Positions 8,972 through 18,274 of a stretch of 32,627 nucleotides of DNA are shown piece after piece. A program made the translations under genes and the position numbers. The stretch lies in the sequence record SRR20825006_2217; one strand, 5' to 3'. The notes below the pieces were generated by a model. It saw nothing but the letters and a program-made list of their open reading frames with translations. It ran no database searches and had not been told where the DNA came from. The stretch's first letter is position 1, and each line of letters starts with the position of its first letter.

Positions 8972-11149
8972 TCAGACGATCCCCTTCGCGCCCAACCCGT
9001 ACAGTAGCGCTCGCTGCATCCCGATCTCCCGCAAGGTGCGAGGATACGCGACGCCCATCCTCTCGAGATACGGGAGCGCCTTTGCCGGGATCGATGCCAT
9101 CGTGGCGAGCCCGTGCAAATCCACCGAGGGAGGATCGCCCTTGCTCAACTTTTTGGAGACATCCTGTAGGCAAGAGAGCGCCTCGATCAGGTCGAGCTCC
9201 ACCTCGGTCAAATCCGACCCGAACGGGCACCTCGGGATCACGCCCGAGGCTCGGTATGGTGCGAGCGCATCGTGCAACCTGGCTGGCGAGTTATGGCGCG
9301 CCCAGGGAGGGAGTTGGTAATCGGCGGCGAGCTTGCCGTGGCGTTTGGCGACCTCGATAAGCTCTGGCTGAAAGCGCGCGTCGGCGATCTCGATCAGGCG
9401 CTGCGCGACCTCACCATCCGAGCGCCCTCGCAGATCTGCGATGCCGTACTCGGTGATCACGACATCACGCAGATGTCGTGGGATCGTGCAGTGCGCGTAT
9501 TGCCAGGCGATGTTTGACTTCGCCACGCCGCCCGAGGTCCTCGTGGAGGTGAGCATCAGCGCGCTGCGCGCGCCATAGAGCGCGTGCGCCATCGCCACGA
9601 ACTCGTACTGCCCTCCGACGCCGCTGACCACGGCGCCGTTCTCCAACCCATCCGAGACAGCCGCCCCCGAGAGGGTCATCATCATGGCTTGATTGAGAAA
9701 GCGCGCGTCGCGACGGCTCGTTCGTTTGAGCTCCTCATCGCCATAGAGCAGGTTGGTGAACCGGATACTCTTCATGGCGACGCGGGCGCGATCGACATCA
9801 TCGAAGTCGCGAAGATCCTGATAAAAGGATGGGGAGCCGACAAAGAACCCCGCGTGAAGCACCGCGCCGCGAACGAGCTCCGTGGCGAGCATCCGCTTCT
9901 CGAGCGCTTGGCGCGTGGCCCCATCAGCAAGATCCGCAGGCACCTCGCCAACGGCATCGACGAGCACGCGCTCGCCATCCGAATCCTCCAGGTGCACATC
10001 ACCCGCGAGCATCCCGAACCGCTGCATCCAGGCGACGTCCCTGGCGCCAAGTTTTTCAGCTATCGCGCCGACCTCGACGCAGGCATCGAGCAGCGCCATA
10101 TCACAGGTCGCGTCCGCGCGCCCGAGCTGGACTCGGGCGCGCTCGAGGAGCACGTCCTCGAAGACCACGCGCCGAAGCAGGCCGCGCTTGTAGAGCGCGA
10201 GGATGCCATCACTCAAAAGCTCGGTGCTCGAATACAACCCGGTCTCGAACGTGTCGGTGGAGCCGACGCGTTCGACGACCTCTTTTTCGTGAGGAGAGCG
10301 ACCGAGGGCATCCAGGATCTTGTTGTAGAGCGGCGCGTCCTGATCGCGAAGACATGCGCCAAAACACACCGCCTCACCGACGCGCCCGATGCCCACCTGG
10401 ATCGTTCCGCCATCGCGAAGCAAGCTCGCCGCGCGAAGCCCCAGGGCATACTCGGCGTCGCCGGGAGGCAGGCTCGGAGCGCCGAGCAGTTCATGATGAT
10501 AGCGAGGGTTTTCGAGGACGAGGTCGACGACATCCTCTCCCACGATCGCATCACCGCTCATCCTCGGGAGGCGCTCGTTGACCTGGACGACCAGCAACGG
10601 GATCTTCTTGCCCTCGCGCGCCGCGGTCTCCAAAAGAGGGAGCGTGAGGTCAGTGTTGCCGCCAAGATCCCAGCGGTCCTCGGAGATGGGCGCGACCATC
10701 TGCGCGATCACATCGATCTCGAGGTCGAGCAGGACCTCGATGGCGTGCGTGAAGTTGACGCTGGTGTATTGCTGCTGCGCGCGCGGATTGCCGAGTAACG
10801 AGCCCGGAGGATAGTAGAACTCGTGCACCTGAACGTGGTCGGGCAGCTCGCCCATCTCGCGCAGGCGCACGTAGGCGAGGTCAGGAGCGTCCTCGTAGAG
10901 GCGCCGCTGGATCGGCTCCATCAACCGACGCGCCAGGTCCTCATCGGGCGCGGGGACGCCAAGACTCAACGCGGTGAAGAAGGTCAACCGCTCGAGCTCG
11001 CCGAGCATCGCGCGGCGCATCAGCTCGTTGGCGACAAAGACCGCCTTTCCGATGCCGATGGGAAGAGCCACAGATAGCGCGCGCCCTCGACGCGCGATGA
11101 TCTCGTCGACGAGCACCTCGACATCTCGAAACTTCGATGCCTCTCCCAT
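8972..11149 (-). CDS. Acetyl-CoA hydrolase/transferase family protein (long form)
   Basis: Motifs PIGIGK, DGGTIQVGIG, VSGVGGQYEFV, PRHLRDVVITEYGIADLRG and IADARFQ. GGAGG RBS. Confidence 0.9.
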   Translation of the reverse strand: MGEASKFRDVEVLVDEIIARRGRALSVALPIGIGKAVFVANELMRRAMLGELERLTFFTALSLGVPAPDEDLARRLMEPIQRRLYEDAPDLAYVRLREMGELPDHVQVHEFYYPPGSLLGNPRAQQQYTSVNFTHAIEVLLDLEIDVIAQMVAPISEDRWDLGGNTDLTLPLLETAAREGKKIPLLVVQVNERLPRMSGDAIVGEDVVDLVLENPRYHHELLGAPSLPPGDAEYALGLRAASLLRDGGTIQVGIGRVGEAVCFGACLRDQDAPLYNKILDALGRSPHEKEVVERVGSTDTFETGLYSSTELLSDGILALYKRGLLRRVVFEDVLLERARVQLGRADATCDMALLDACVEVGAIAEKLGARDVAWMQRFGMLAGDVHLEDSDGERVLVDAVGEVPADLADGATRQALEKRMLATELVRGAVLHAGFFVGSPSFYQDLRDFDDVDRARVAMKSIRFTNLLYGDEELKRTSRRDARFLNQAMMMTLSGAAVSDGLENGAVVSGVGGQYEFVAMAHALYGARSALMLTSTRTSGGVAKSNIAWQYAHCTIPRHLRDVVITEYGIADLRGRSDGEVAQRLIEIADARFQPELIEVAKRHGKLAADYQLPPWARHNSPARLHDALAPYRASGVIPRCPFGSDLTEVELDLIEALSCLQDVSKKLSKGDPPSVDLHGLATMASIPAKALPYLERMGVAYPRTLREIGMQRALLYGLGAKGIV

Positions 11150-11326
11150 CGGAGCGCCTCCCTGATGTTGCTTCGAGCAACACGTCCCTTGTTGAACGAT
11201 GACGCGGGCACCTTCACATACCGCCGAGTCGAGCGCAAGAGTTCGAGGGAGGGGTAGCTTTTTCCAGCCATGTCCCTAAAATCGTGAGGAGCCCTTTACG
11301 ACCTTATTTACCGAGCCGAGCGCGTC

Positions 11327-13816
11327 ATGAACGAGGATCAAGCATCTGGAGACCTGGTCGAAGCCCCTCGCCCAGACTCTGCTGCCTTATCCAAAACCAT
11401 CGATCTCACCCCTGCCCCCTCGACCTTCGACTTCGAGGACGCAGACGTGAGTCAGAGCATCACCCCCTCCGGTCAGCGAAGGATCGCGGGGAGGTACGAT
11501 ATCCTCGGCTTATTGGGGAGCGGTGGTATGGGTAACGTCTACCGGGTGCGCGATACGGCCCTGGACGAGGAGATCGCGCTCAAGACCTTGCGCGGGGACC
11601 TCTCAGACTCCGAGCAAGCGCTGACGAGGTTTCGCCGCGAGGTCAAGCTCGCCAGGCGCGTCACCCACCCGAACGTGGCGCGCACCTTCGACATCGGCAC
11701 GGATGGGACGCTGACCTACCTGACGATGGAGTATATCGAGGGGGAGCCGCTCACCATCCACGGCAAGCGCCTGGCAAAGGGGAGCCTGACGCAACTTATC
11801 GAGCTGATGGTGCAGGTCGCGCGCGGCCTCGAGGCCGCGCATGAAGCGGGCGTGATCCACCGGGATCTCAAACCAGCGAACATCATGATCGCCTCCACCG
11901 GACGAGCCGTCATCACGGACTTCGGGATCGCGCGCGCGAGCAGCGGGCACGCCACCGCCTCGATGCTCAACACCGGGAGCGCGGGCCTCGTCGGGACGCC
12001 GCTCTACATGGCCCCCGAACAGGTTGAAGGGGTGGAGGATATCGACTTTAGAGCCGACATCTACGCCTTTGGCTGCATCCTCTACGAGCTGCTCGCGGGG
12101 GCGCCGCCCTTTATCGCGGACTCGCCAGTGGCCGTCGCCATCGCGAGGTTGATGAGGCCCGCGCCCAGGCTCTCCACAGGAGATTACCCGAGCGCTCTTG
12201 TCGACCTCGTGGCGCGCGCGCTCGAGCGTGATCCTGGCGCGCGACATCATAACGTCGGCGCGCTCGCTGCTGGCCTCGAAGAGATCCTCGGGACGCTCGA
12301 GACCGACGCGGTCGGGCGCCCTGCTCTCAAGCTCGAGAACACCTTCGAAGACTTCGACGACGCGACCCAGGTCATCGAGCACCTCCAACATCAAACACAA
12401 ACCTCGCTCCAAAAGACCACCGTCGCCGTGCTCCCGTTCATCAACCGTGACATGGACGAGTCGTGCTACGTCTCGGAGTGTCTGACCGAGGAGCTCGTCG
12501 GGGAGCTCTCGATGTCTCCGACGCTGCGGGTCAAGCCTGCGAGCAAGGGACACACGAGGGGAGAATCACTCACCCGATTGGGGAAACAACTCGGCGTGGA
12601 CTTGCTCGTCTCGGGCAGCCTGCGCCGCACGCGCGATGACAGGTTGCGCGTGCGCGTCGCGTTGACTTCCGTCGAGGATGGTTTTCAGATCTGGGGCGAT
12701 AAGTTTTTGGGCGATCACCAGGACCTCTTTCAGATCGCCGAGGACGCCGCCGAAGCGATCGCCGAGGCGCTGCGCGCCAAGGTCACGCAAGGGCGCCCGG
12801 ACGCCCTGACCGATCCTGTGGCCATCGATCTGTACATGCGCGCGCGCCACCACGCGCAGCTCAACTGGTATAACGGTATGGAGGAAGGGATCGAGTTGTT
12901 CAGGCGCGCGCTCGAGCGCGCGCCTGATGATCCTCGCATCCTGACGGGCATGGCCACCACGCTCGCGCGCCAGACGTTCTTCACGCCGGAGAAATCAGTC
13001 GAGCTCTTGACGGAAGCGGCCGAGCACGCCAAAAACGCCGTCGAGCGCGCGCCTGACTGGCCAGATCCTCACTTCGCGCTCGCCATCGTCGCGTACAACC
13101 GGGGTGATATCATCGGCACCGAGCGCTGCTGTCGCGCGGCGCTCGCTCGCCACCCCGAGCACCTCGAGAGCCTCGATCTGCTCGGACGCGTCCTCTCGGA
13201 GATGGGCCCTCTCGATGAATCCAGACTCCACCTCGAGCGCGCCATCGCTATCAACGAAGGGTTGATGCGCGCCTTCTCCGACCTACAGCGCGTCTACGCG
13301 CTACAAGCGGACTGGGAAGCATACGACAGGTTGCTCGAAGCTCGCCCCGAGATCCCTCCAACCTACAAGCGCTCGGTCGAAGCGGTCGACTTCCGGCTCG
13401 GCATGTGGCGAGGAGAACACGACGTCCTCCCGCTCGGGCCGGATGACGAACAGAGCATCAAGGAGCTGCCCACGGGCATGTTCCCGATCGCGCGCGAGCT
13501 CTCCATCGCCATCACGAACAACGAGCCATTTCCAGTCAGATTGCTCGATAACCTCATCGAGATGGGGAGGATGGCGACCCCAGGGAGTCAGCAACAATTG
13601 CTGGTCTTGCAAATCGCCACCGAGTTTGCATCCTATGCACAACTCGAGGATCAGTTCTTCGACGCGCTCACCACTGTCATCGACATGGGGTTGCGCGATC
13701 TGATGTGGCTCGAACGGGCGCCTATTTTCGACGCGTTCCGTGACGACCCGCGTTTTCAGAGACTGGTCCAACGCGTCGCCCTCAAATACCAGGCGCGCGC
13801 ATTGACCCTCGCCTGA
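11327..13816 (+). CDS. Serine/threonine protein kinase with TolB-like (VAVLPF) and TPR regions
   Basis: Motifs LGSGGMGNVY, ALK, HRDLKPAN, DFG, GTPLYMAPEQ and DIYAFG, followed by TVAVLPF and TPR-like helices. No TM seen. Confidence 0.93.
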   Translation: MNEDQASGDLVEAPRPDSAALSKTIDLTPAPSTFDFEDADVSQSITPSGQRRIAGRYDILGLLGSGGMGNVYRVRDTALDEEIALKTLRGDLSDSEQALTRFRREVKLARRVTHPNVARTFDIGTDGTLTYLTMEYIEGEPLTIHGKRLAKGSLTQLIELMVQVARGLEAAHEAGVIHRDLKPANIMIASTGRAVITDFGIARASSGHATASMLNTGSAGLVGTPLYMAPEQVEGVEDIDFRADIYAFGCILYELLAGAPPFIADSPVAVAIARLMRPAPRLSTGDYPSALVDLVARALERDPGARHHNVGALAAGLEEILGTLETDAVGRPALKLENTFEDFDDATQVIEHLQHQTQTSLQKTTVAVLPFINRDMDESCYVSECLTEELVGELSMSPTLRVKPASKGHTRGESLTRLGKQLGVDLLVSGSLRRTRDDRLRVRVALTSVEDGFQIWGDKFLGDHQDLFQIAEDAAEAIAEALRAKVTQGRPDALTDPVAIDLYMRARHHAQLNWYNGMEEGIELFRRALERAPDDPRILTGMATTLARQTFFTPEKSVELLTEAAEHAKNAVERAPDWPDPHFALAIVAYNRGDIIGTERCCRAALARHPEHLESLDLLGRVLSEMGPLDESRLHLERAIAINEGLMRAFSDLQRVYALQADWEAYDRLLEARPEIPPTYKRSVEAVDFRLGMWRGEHDVLPLGPDDEQSIKELPTGMFPIARELSIAITNNEPFPVRLLDNLIEMGRMATPGSQQQLLVLQIATEFASYAQLEDQFFDALTTVIDMGLRDLMWLERAPIFDAFRDDPRFQRLVQRVALKYQARALTLA

Positions 13817-13872
13817 CGACACATCCACGAACTCGTCGTGAGGCGGATTTTGTCCCTCTCGACGAGAACACC

Positions 13873-14919
13873 ATGCCACACATACCTCATGGGACCTCGC
13901 TGGCAATCGGCCTTTGCCTTTGCCTCTGTGTCCTCACGAGCGCCTGTCAGCCAGAGGATCAAGATCCTCCAGGTCAAACCACCAACGCCGAACCTGGCAA
14001 CAACACGACGCCACCCCCGGAAGATGAATCACTCCCCTTCCAGGATGATCCTTCCGCGCGAATGTGGCGCAACTCCGCGAGCTGGTATCCTCAAGACTAC
14101 CTCGAGCTCGATAGCACGATCTCGGGACTACTCGACGAGCACGGCGCATCTCCAAAGCGAAAGGCGCTCGGGATCATCGCGCCACACGCTGGCGTCGCCA
14201 ACTCGGGGCACGTCGCCGCCGCGGCCTATGGCCGCGTCGAGGTGCCTGATCTGGTCATCCTGCTCGCCCCCAAACACCACAACGAAGGCGCATCCCCCGC
14301 GGCCTGGAACGAAGGCCCCATCCTCGTCCCCGGGCACGCGCTCGCGACGCGCACGGATATCACAGACCAGCTCCTGATGGAGCTCGGCGAGGATGAAGTG
14401 GTCGCGGACCGAGGGGCTTTCGAGGCGGAGAACATGCACCCCTACGAGTTGCAACTCCCCTTCCTGAGCACCGCGAACCCGGACGTCGAGCTCGTCTCGG
14501 TGGCCTTCTATGATCTGTCCGTCAAGCACTTCGACGGGTTCGATCGCGCGCGCATCGAAAAATGGGGCAAGGCGCTCGCAGAGATCGTTCGCGAGCGTCG
14601 CATGCAAGGAGAGGAAGTGCTGATCGTGGCGAGCACAGACCTCGTGCACCGCATCCCGCTCGAGGAGCAAAAAATGCAGGATGCGATCTTGCTCGATCAT
14701 ATCGAGGCGCTCGATATCGACGGACTCTATCAAACGATCACCGAGGACGAGCTCTCGATGTGTGGGGAGATCCCCGTCTCGATCCTGATGCAGGTCGCGC
14801 TCGAGCTCGGCCACGAAGACGCCGAGATCGTCGCGCGCGGCTCGAGCCATGAAACACTTATGAATGCAGAGAGCGTGGTCGGTTATGGCGGCGCTGTGAT
14901 TTGGGAGGATACGCAATGA
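13873..14919 (+). CDS. amrB: MEMO1 family / AmmeMemoRadiSam protein B homologue with predicted lipoprotein signal
   Basis: Motifs SWYP, IAPHAG..SG, LAPKHH, HPYELQLPFL, ASTDLVH, MCG and VVGY. N-terminal LAIGLCLCLCVLTSA-C followed by a P/T/D linker. Confidence 0.85.
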   Translation: MPHIPHGTSLAIGLCLCLCVLTSACQPEDQDPPGQTTNAEPGNNTTPPPEDESLPFQDDPSARMWRNSASWYPQDYLELDSTISGLLDEHGASPKRKALGIIAPHAGVANSGHVAAAAYGRVEVPDLVILLAPKHHNEGASPAAWNEGPILVPGHALATRTDITDQLLMELGEDEVVADRGAFEAENMHPYELQLPFLSTANPDVELVSVAFYDLSVKHFDGFDRARIEKWGKALAEIVRERRMQGEEVLIVASTDLVHRIPLEEQKMQDAILLDHIEALDIDGLYQTITEDELSMCGEIPVSILMQVALELGHEDAEIVARGSSHETLMNAESVVGYGGAVIWEDTQ

Positions 14920-16211
14920 ACATACGAACACCACGACTTTTGATGCTCTTGCTTCTGGCGCTCGCGATGGCGTCTGCGCCCGCATGCCGAGAAGAGGAAA
15001 ACCCTGAAGATACGATGACCCCAGGCGAAGAGGTCATCAATACGGATTACACCGGAGAAGAAGAACCTCGCGCCGTGGTCCCAGAGGATGCCTCGCTCGA
15101 AGAGATCGACCTGCCACTCGAGCAGGTCGGAGAGGACAGCGGGAGCGGTGGGATGACCTACGCCGCCATCCTCTCGGGCTATTACATCCTGCGCGTCCAA
15201 CAGGACGACGGGTTGTTCGGTTACGAGTACACCATCGCCGACGGGAGTTGGTCGGAAGACAACGTGATCCACCGCCAGTGCGGCTCGACGATCACGCAGG
15301 CGTGGATGTATCGCGTGACAAAACGGGAGGAGTTCCTGATCTCGGCGCAGCGCGCGCTGATCGCCATCTACGCGCAGACCGAAGAGCTCGATGATGGGAG
15401 CCTGTTCCTGCGCGATCTCGGCGGCGTCTCACTGCTCGCCATCGCGACCTCTCTGGTGGCCATCCATGGCGGCGTCGACGAGTACGACGAGGAGCTCGAG
15501 AAGCTCGGCGCCTATATCCTCGCGCGCGTCGACGAGGACGGAAAAATCTCTGGCGGCGACAGCCTCTTTCTAAAGCAAGGTCAGGCGATGCAGGCGCTCG
15601 AACACCTGCACGCCTATACCGGGGAAGAGGTCTACCTCGACGCGCTCGAGCGCTCCACGAAGTGGCTCATCGCCAACCCCGAGGAGCATAAGTATGGCCC
15701 CTACATGGCGCTCTGGAACAACGAGCCGATGACCTACCTCTACAATTTGCGACCTGATCCCGAGATCGCGGAGCTCGTCTACGAGCTCTCCGACAGGATC
15801 GTCGCGCAGCAACACACGCCCGAAAATCACGACAAGGAGAGCTACATCGGCGGGTATTACATCGACCCCGAGAAGCCCGTGCCGAGCTGGTCGACTTGCC
15901 TGTTCCTCGAGGCCGTGGCCGATGGGTTGCGCATGGCGCGCATCGCTGGCGATGAAGAGCGCCTCGAGACCTACGCCGAGAGCTCCACGCTCGCCGCGAA
16001 ATACCTGCTCGACCTTCAATTCAGAAAGGGCGAGAAGCAGGACGCGCATGACCCTGACTTCATCAACGGGGGCGTGCCATTCACCAAGAGCGGCACGGTG
16101 ATTCGCGTGGATGTGCCACACCACGTCGCCAACGCGGTCCTCAAGACGATCGAGTACCAGCACCTCGAGGACTTCCCTGGACGCAGGGAACTCGATGAGA
16201 TCGCGCCCTGA
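14916..16211 (+). CDS. Hypothetical lipoprotein, probable alpha/alpha-toroid (six-hairpin-like) fold
   Basis: ATGA overlap with the upstream stop, GGAGG RBS and lipobox APAC. Helical repeats YILRVQQDDG, YILARVDEDG, IVAQQ and YLLDLQ, plus the motifs NVIHRQ and IRVDVPHH. Confidence 0.75.
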   Translation: MNIRTPRLLMLLLLALAMASAPACREEENPEDTMTPGEEVINTDYTGEEEPRAVVPEDASLEEIDLPLEQVGEDSGSGGMTYAAILSGYYILRVQQDDGLFGYEYTIADGSWSEDNVIHRQCGSTITQAWMYRVTKREEFLISAQRALIAIYAQTEELDDGSLFLRDLGGVSLLAIATSLVAIHGGVDEYDEELEKLGAYILARVDEDGKISGGDSLFLKQGQAMQALEHLHAYTGEEVYLDALERSTKWLIANPEEHKYGPYMALWNNEPMTYLYNLRPDPEIAELVYELSDRIVAQQHTPENHDKESYIGGYYIDPEKPVPSWSTCLFLEAVADGLRMARIAGDEERLETYAESSTLAAKYLLDLQFRKGEKQDAHDPDFINGGVPFTKSGTVIRVDVPHHVANAVLKTIEYQHLEDFPGRRELDEIAP

Positions 16212-16234
16212 CCTGACGCGATCTTTTCATCCTC

Positions 16235-18205
16235 TTACTCCGCGTCGTCGGGCTCGATGCGGAAGAGCAAGACCTTGGCCGAGACCTGCTCGCCAGTCTT
16301 GCAGCCAACCTCCATCACCTCGCCAGCGACTGGCGTCGTGAGGTTGTGCTCCATCTTCATCGCCTCCAACACACCGAGCCGTTGCCCTGGCTCGACGCGG
16401 TCGCCCACGGCGACCTCGACCTGGAGGATCTTTCCTGTCATTGGCGCCAAAATCCTGCCATCCGCGCCGGGCTCGACCCGGCGCGGGCGGCGCAGCGCGT
16501 CCTCTGTCACCCAATCGTTGGCGCCATCGCGAACATAAAGCGTGGCTCCGGCGAGCAAGGCGTCCACGTTCTGCTGCACGCCATCGAGCTCGACTCTGGC
16601 GCGGGTCTCGAGCGGATCGAACGAGAGCAAGCGCACGGTGTGTTCGCCATGCCCCTCGACCTCGACTTCGTAGTGATTCTCCGCGTGAAGCGAGAGGCGC
16701 ACATCATAAAGGTCTGCGCCAAACTCCAGCCTGAGCAACGACTCCGAGCGCCCCGTGGAAGACCACATCCTGGTCACGCCAGCCTCGGTGCTCCCGCGAA
16801 GTTTGGCGAGCAGGACACCGCACAACGCGATACTCCCCGAGGTTGGCGTGGGCGCGGCCGGTCCCCCCTCGAACGCCGAGGCGATAAATGCCGTGGTCGC
16901 CTCTCCGGCGGCGAACGCCTCGTGGCGCAGGCAATCGACCAGAAACCTTCGGTTGGTCGTCGCGCCGAGGATCACGGTGTCCTCGAGCGCACGGATCAAC
17001 CTGCGGCGCGCGACCTCGCGGTTTGCGCCGGAGGCAATGATTTTGGCGATCATGGGATCGTAATGGGGGGTGATCGACATCCCGGACTCGAGACCGTCAT
17101 CGACGCGCACGCCCTCTCCTTCTCCAGGAGACCAGCGCAAGACATCGCCCGTCTGAGGCAAGAAGCCACCAGCGGGATCCTCGGCGTAAAGGCGCACCTC
17201 GATCGCGTGACCGGTGAGCGAGACCTCCTCCTGGGTTACAGGCAACGGCGCGCCCGCGGCGACATCGAGCTGCCAGGCGACGAGATCGAAACCAGTGATA
17301 CACTCGGTCACAGGGTGCTCGACCTGAAGGCGAGTGTTCATCTCGAGAAAGTAGAACTCGCCGCTCGCGTCGAGCAGAAACTCGACGGTGCCCGCGCCCA
17401 CGTAACCGATGGCTCGCGCTGCCGCTGTGGCGGCTGCGCCCATTTGCTCGCGGATCTCTGGTGATACCGCAGGAGACGGCGCCTCCTCGACGACCTTTTG
17501 ATGACGGCGCTGGATCGAGCAATCGCGCTCGCCAAGATGAATCGCGTTGCCGTGAGTATCGGCAAAGACCTGGATTTCGACGTGCCGCGCCTGCATGACC
17601 GCGCGCTCGAGTAAGAGCTTGCCCGAGCCAAACGCACTCACCGCCTCGCTGCGAGCGCTGGCGATCGCGCCCATCAACTCGCTCTCCTCGTGCACCAGGC
17701 GCATCCCACGACCGCCACCCCCGGCGCTAGCCTTCACCATCAGCGGATAACCGATCGATGCGGCAGCCTTCGAGAGCGCCTCATCGCTTTGATCCTCGCC
17801 ATGGTAACCAGGAACGCAGGGGACGCCCGCCTCGACCATGCGACGTTTGGCCTCCATCTTCGACCCCATCGCGTCGATGGCGCTCGCTGGAGGACCGACA
17901 AACACGAGGCCAGCCTGCTCGAGCGCGCGCGCGAAGTCCGCATTCTCCGAGAGGAAGCCATACCCGGGATGCACCGCCGTGGCGCCCGTGCGTTGGCAAG
18001 CCTTAAGAATACGGTCAACGTTCAGATAAGACTCGGATAACGCAGCAGGTCCAATACAGATCGCCTCGTCTGCCTCTCGTACGTGAGGAGAGGGGGCGTC
18101 TGCTTCAGAATACACCGCGACGGTGCGGTAGCCGAGCGCGCGAGCGGTGCGAATGACCCGGCGAGCGATCTCGCCACGGTTGGCGATCAGGAGCTTGTCG
18201 AACAT
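16235..18205 (-). CDS. Biotin-dependent acyl-CoA carboxylase alpha subunit (biotin carboxylase + BCCP; geranyl/methylcrotonyl-CoA type)
   Basis: Motifs LIANRGEIA, HPGYGFLSEN, GGGGRGMR, RDCSIQRRHQK, EMNTRLQVEH and the biotin attachment site EAMKM. Confidence 0.95.
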   Translation of the reverse strand: MFDKLLIANRGEIARRVIRTARALGYRTVAVYSEADAPSPHVREADEAICIGPAALSESYLNVDRILKACQRTGATAVHPGYGFLSENADFARALEQAGLVFVGPPASAIDAMGSKMEAKRRMVEAGVPCVPGYHGEDQSDEALSKAAASIGYPLMVKASAGGGGRGMRLVHEESELMGAIASARSEAVSAFGSGKLLLERAVMQARHVEIQVFADTHGNAIHLGERDCSIQRRHQKVVEEAPSPAVSPEIREQMGAAATAAARAIGYVGAGTVEFLLDASGEFYFLEMNTRLQVEHPVTECITGFDLVAWQLDVAAGAPLPVTQEEVSLTGHAIEVRLYAEDPAGGFLPQTGDVLRWSPGEGEGVRVDDGLESGMSITPHYDPMIAKIIASGANREVARRRLIRALEDTVILGATTNRRFLVDCLRHEAFAAGEATTAFIASAFEGGPAAPTPTSGSIALCGVLLAKLRGSTEAGVTRMWSSTGRSESLLRLEFGADLYDVRLSLHAENHYEVEVEGHGEHTVRLLSFDPLETRARVELDGVQQNVDALLAGATLYVRDGANDWVTEDALRRPRRVEPGADGRILAPMTGKILQVEVAVGDRVEPGQRLGVLEAMKMEHNLTTPVAGEVMEVGCKTGEQVSAKVLLFRIEPDDAE

Positions 18206-18274
18206 GGTCTTTCCGTGGAGTTGTATGGCGGTGACAAACGAGCGCGTATGATGCGTGAACGAGCTGACAAAGGA

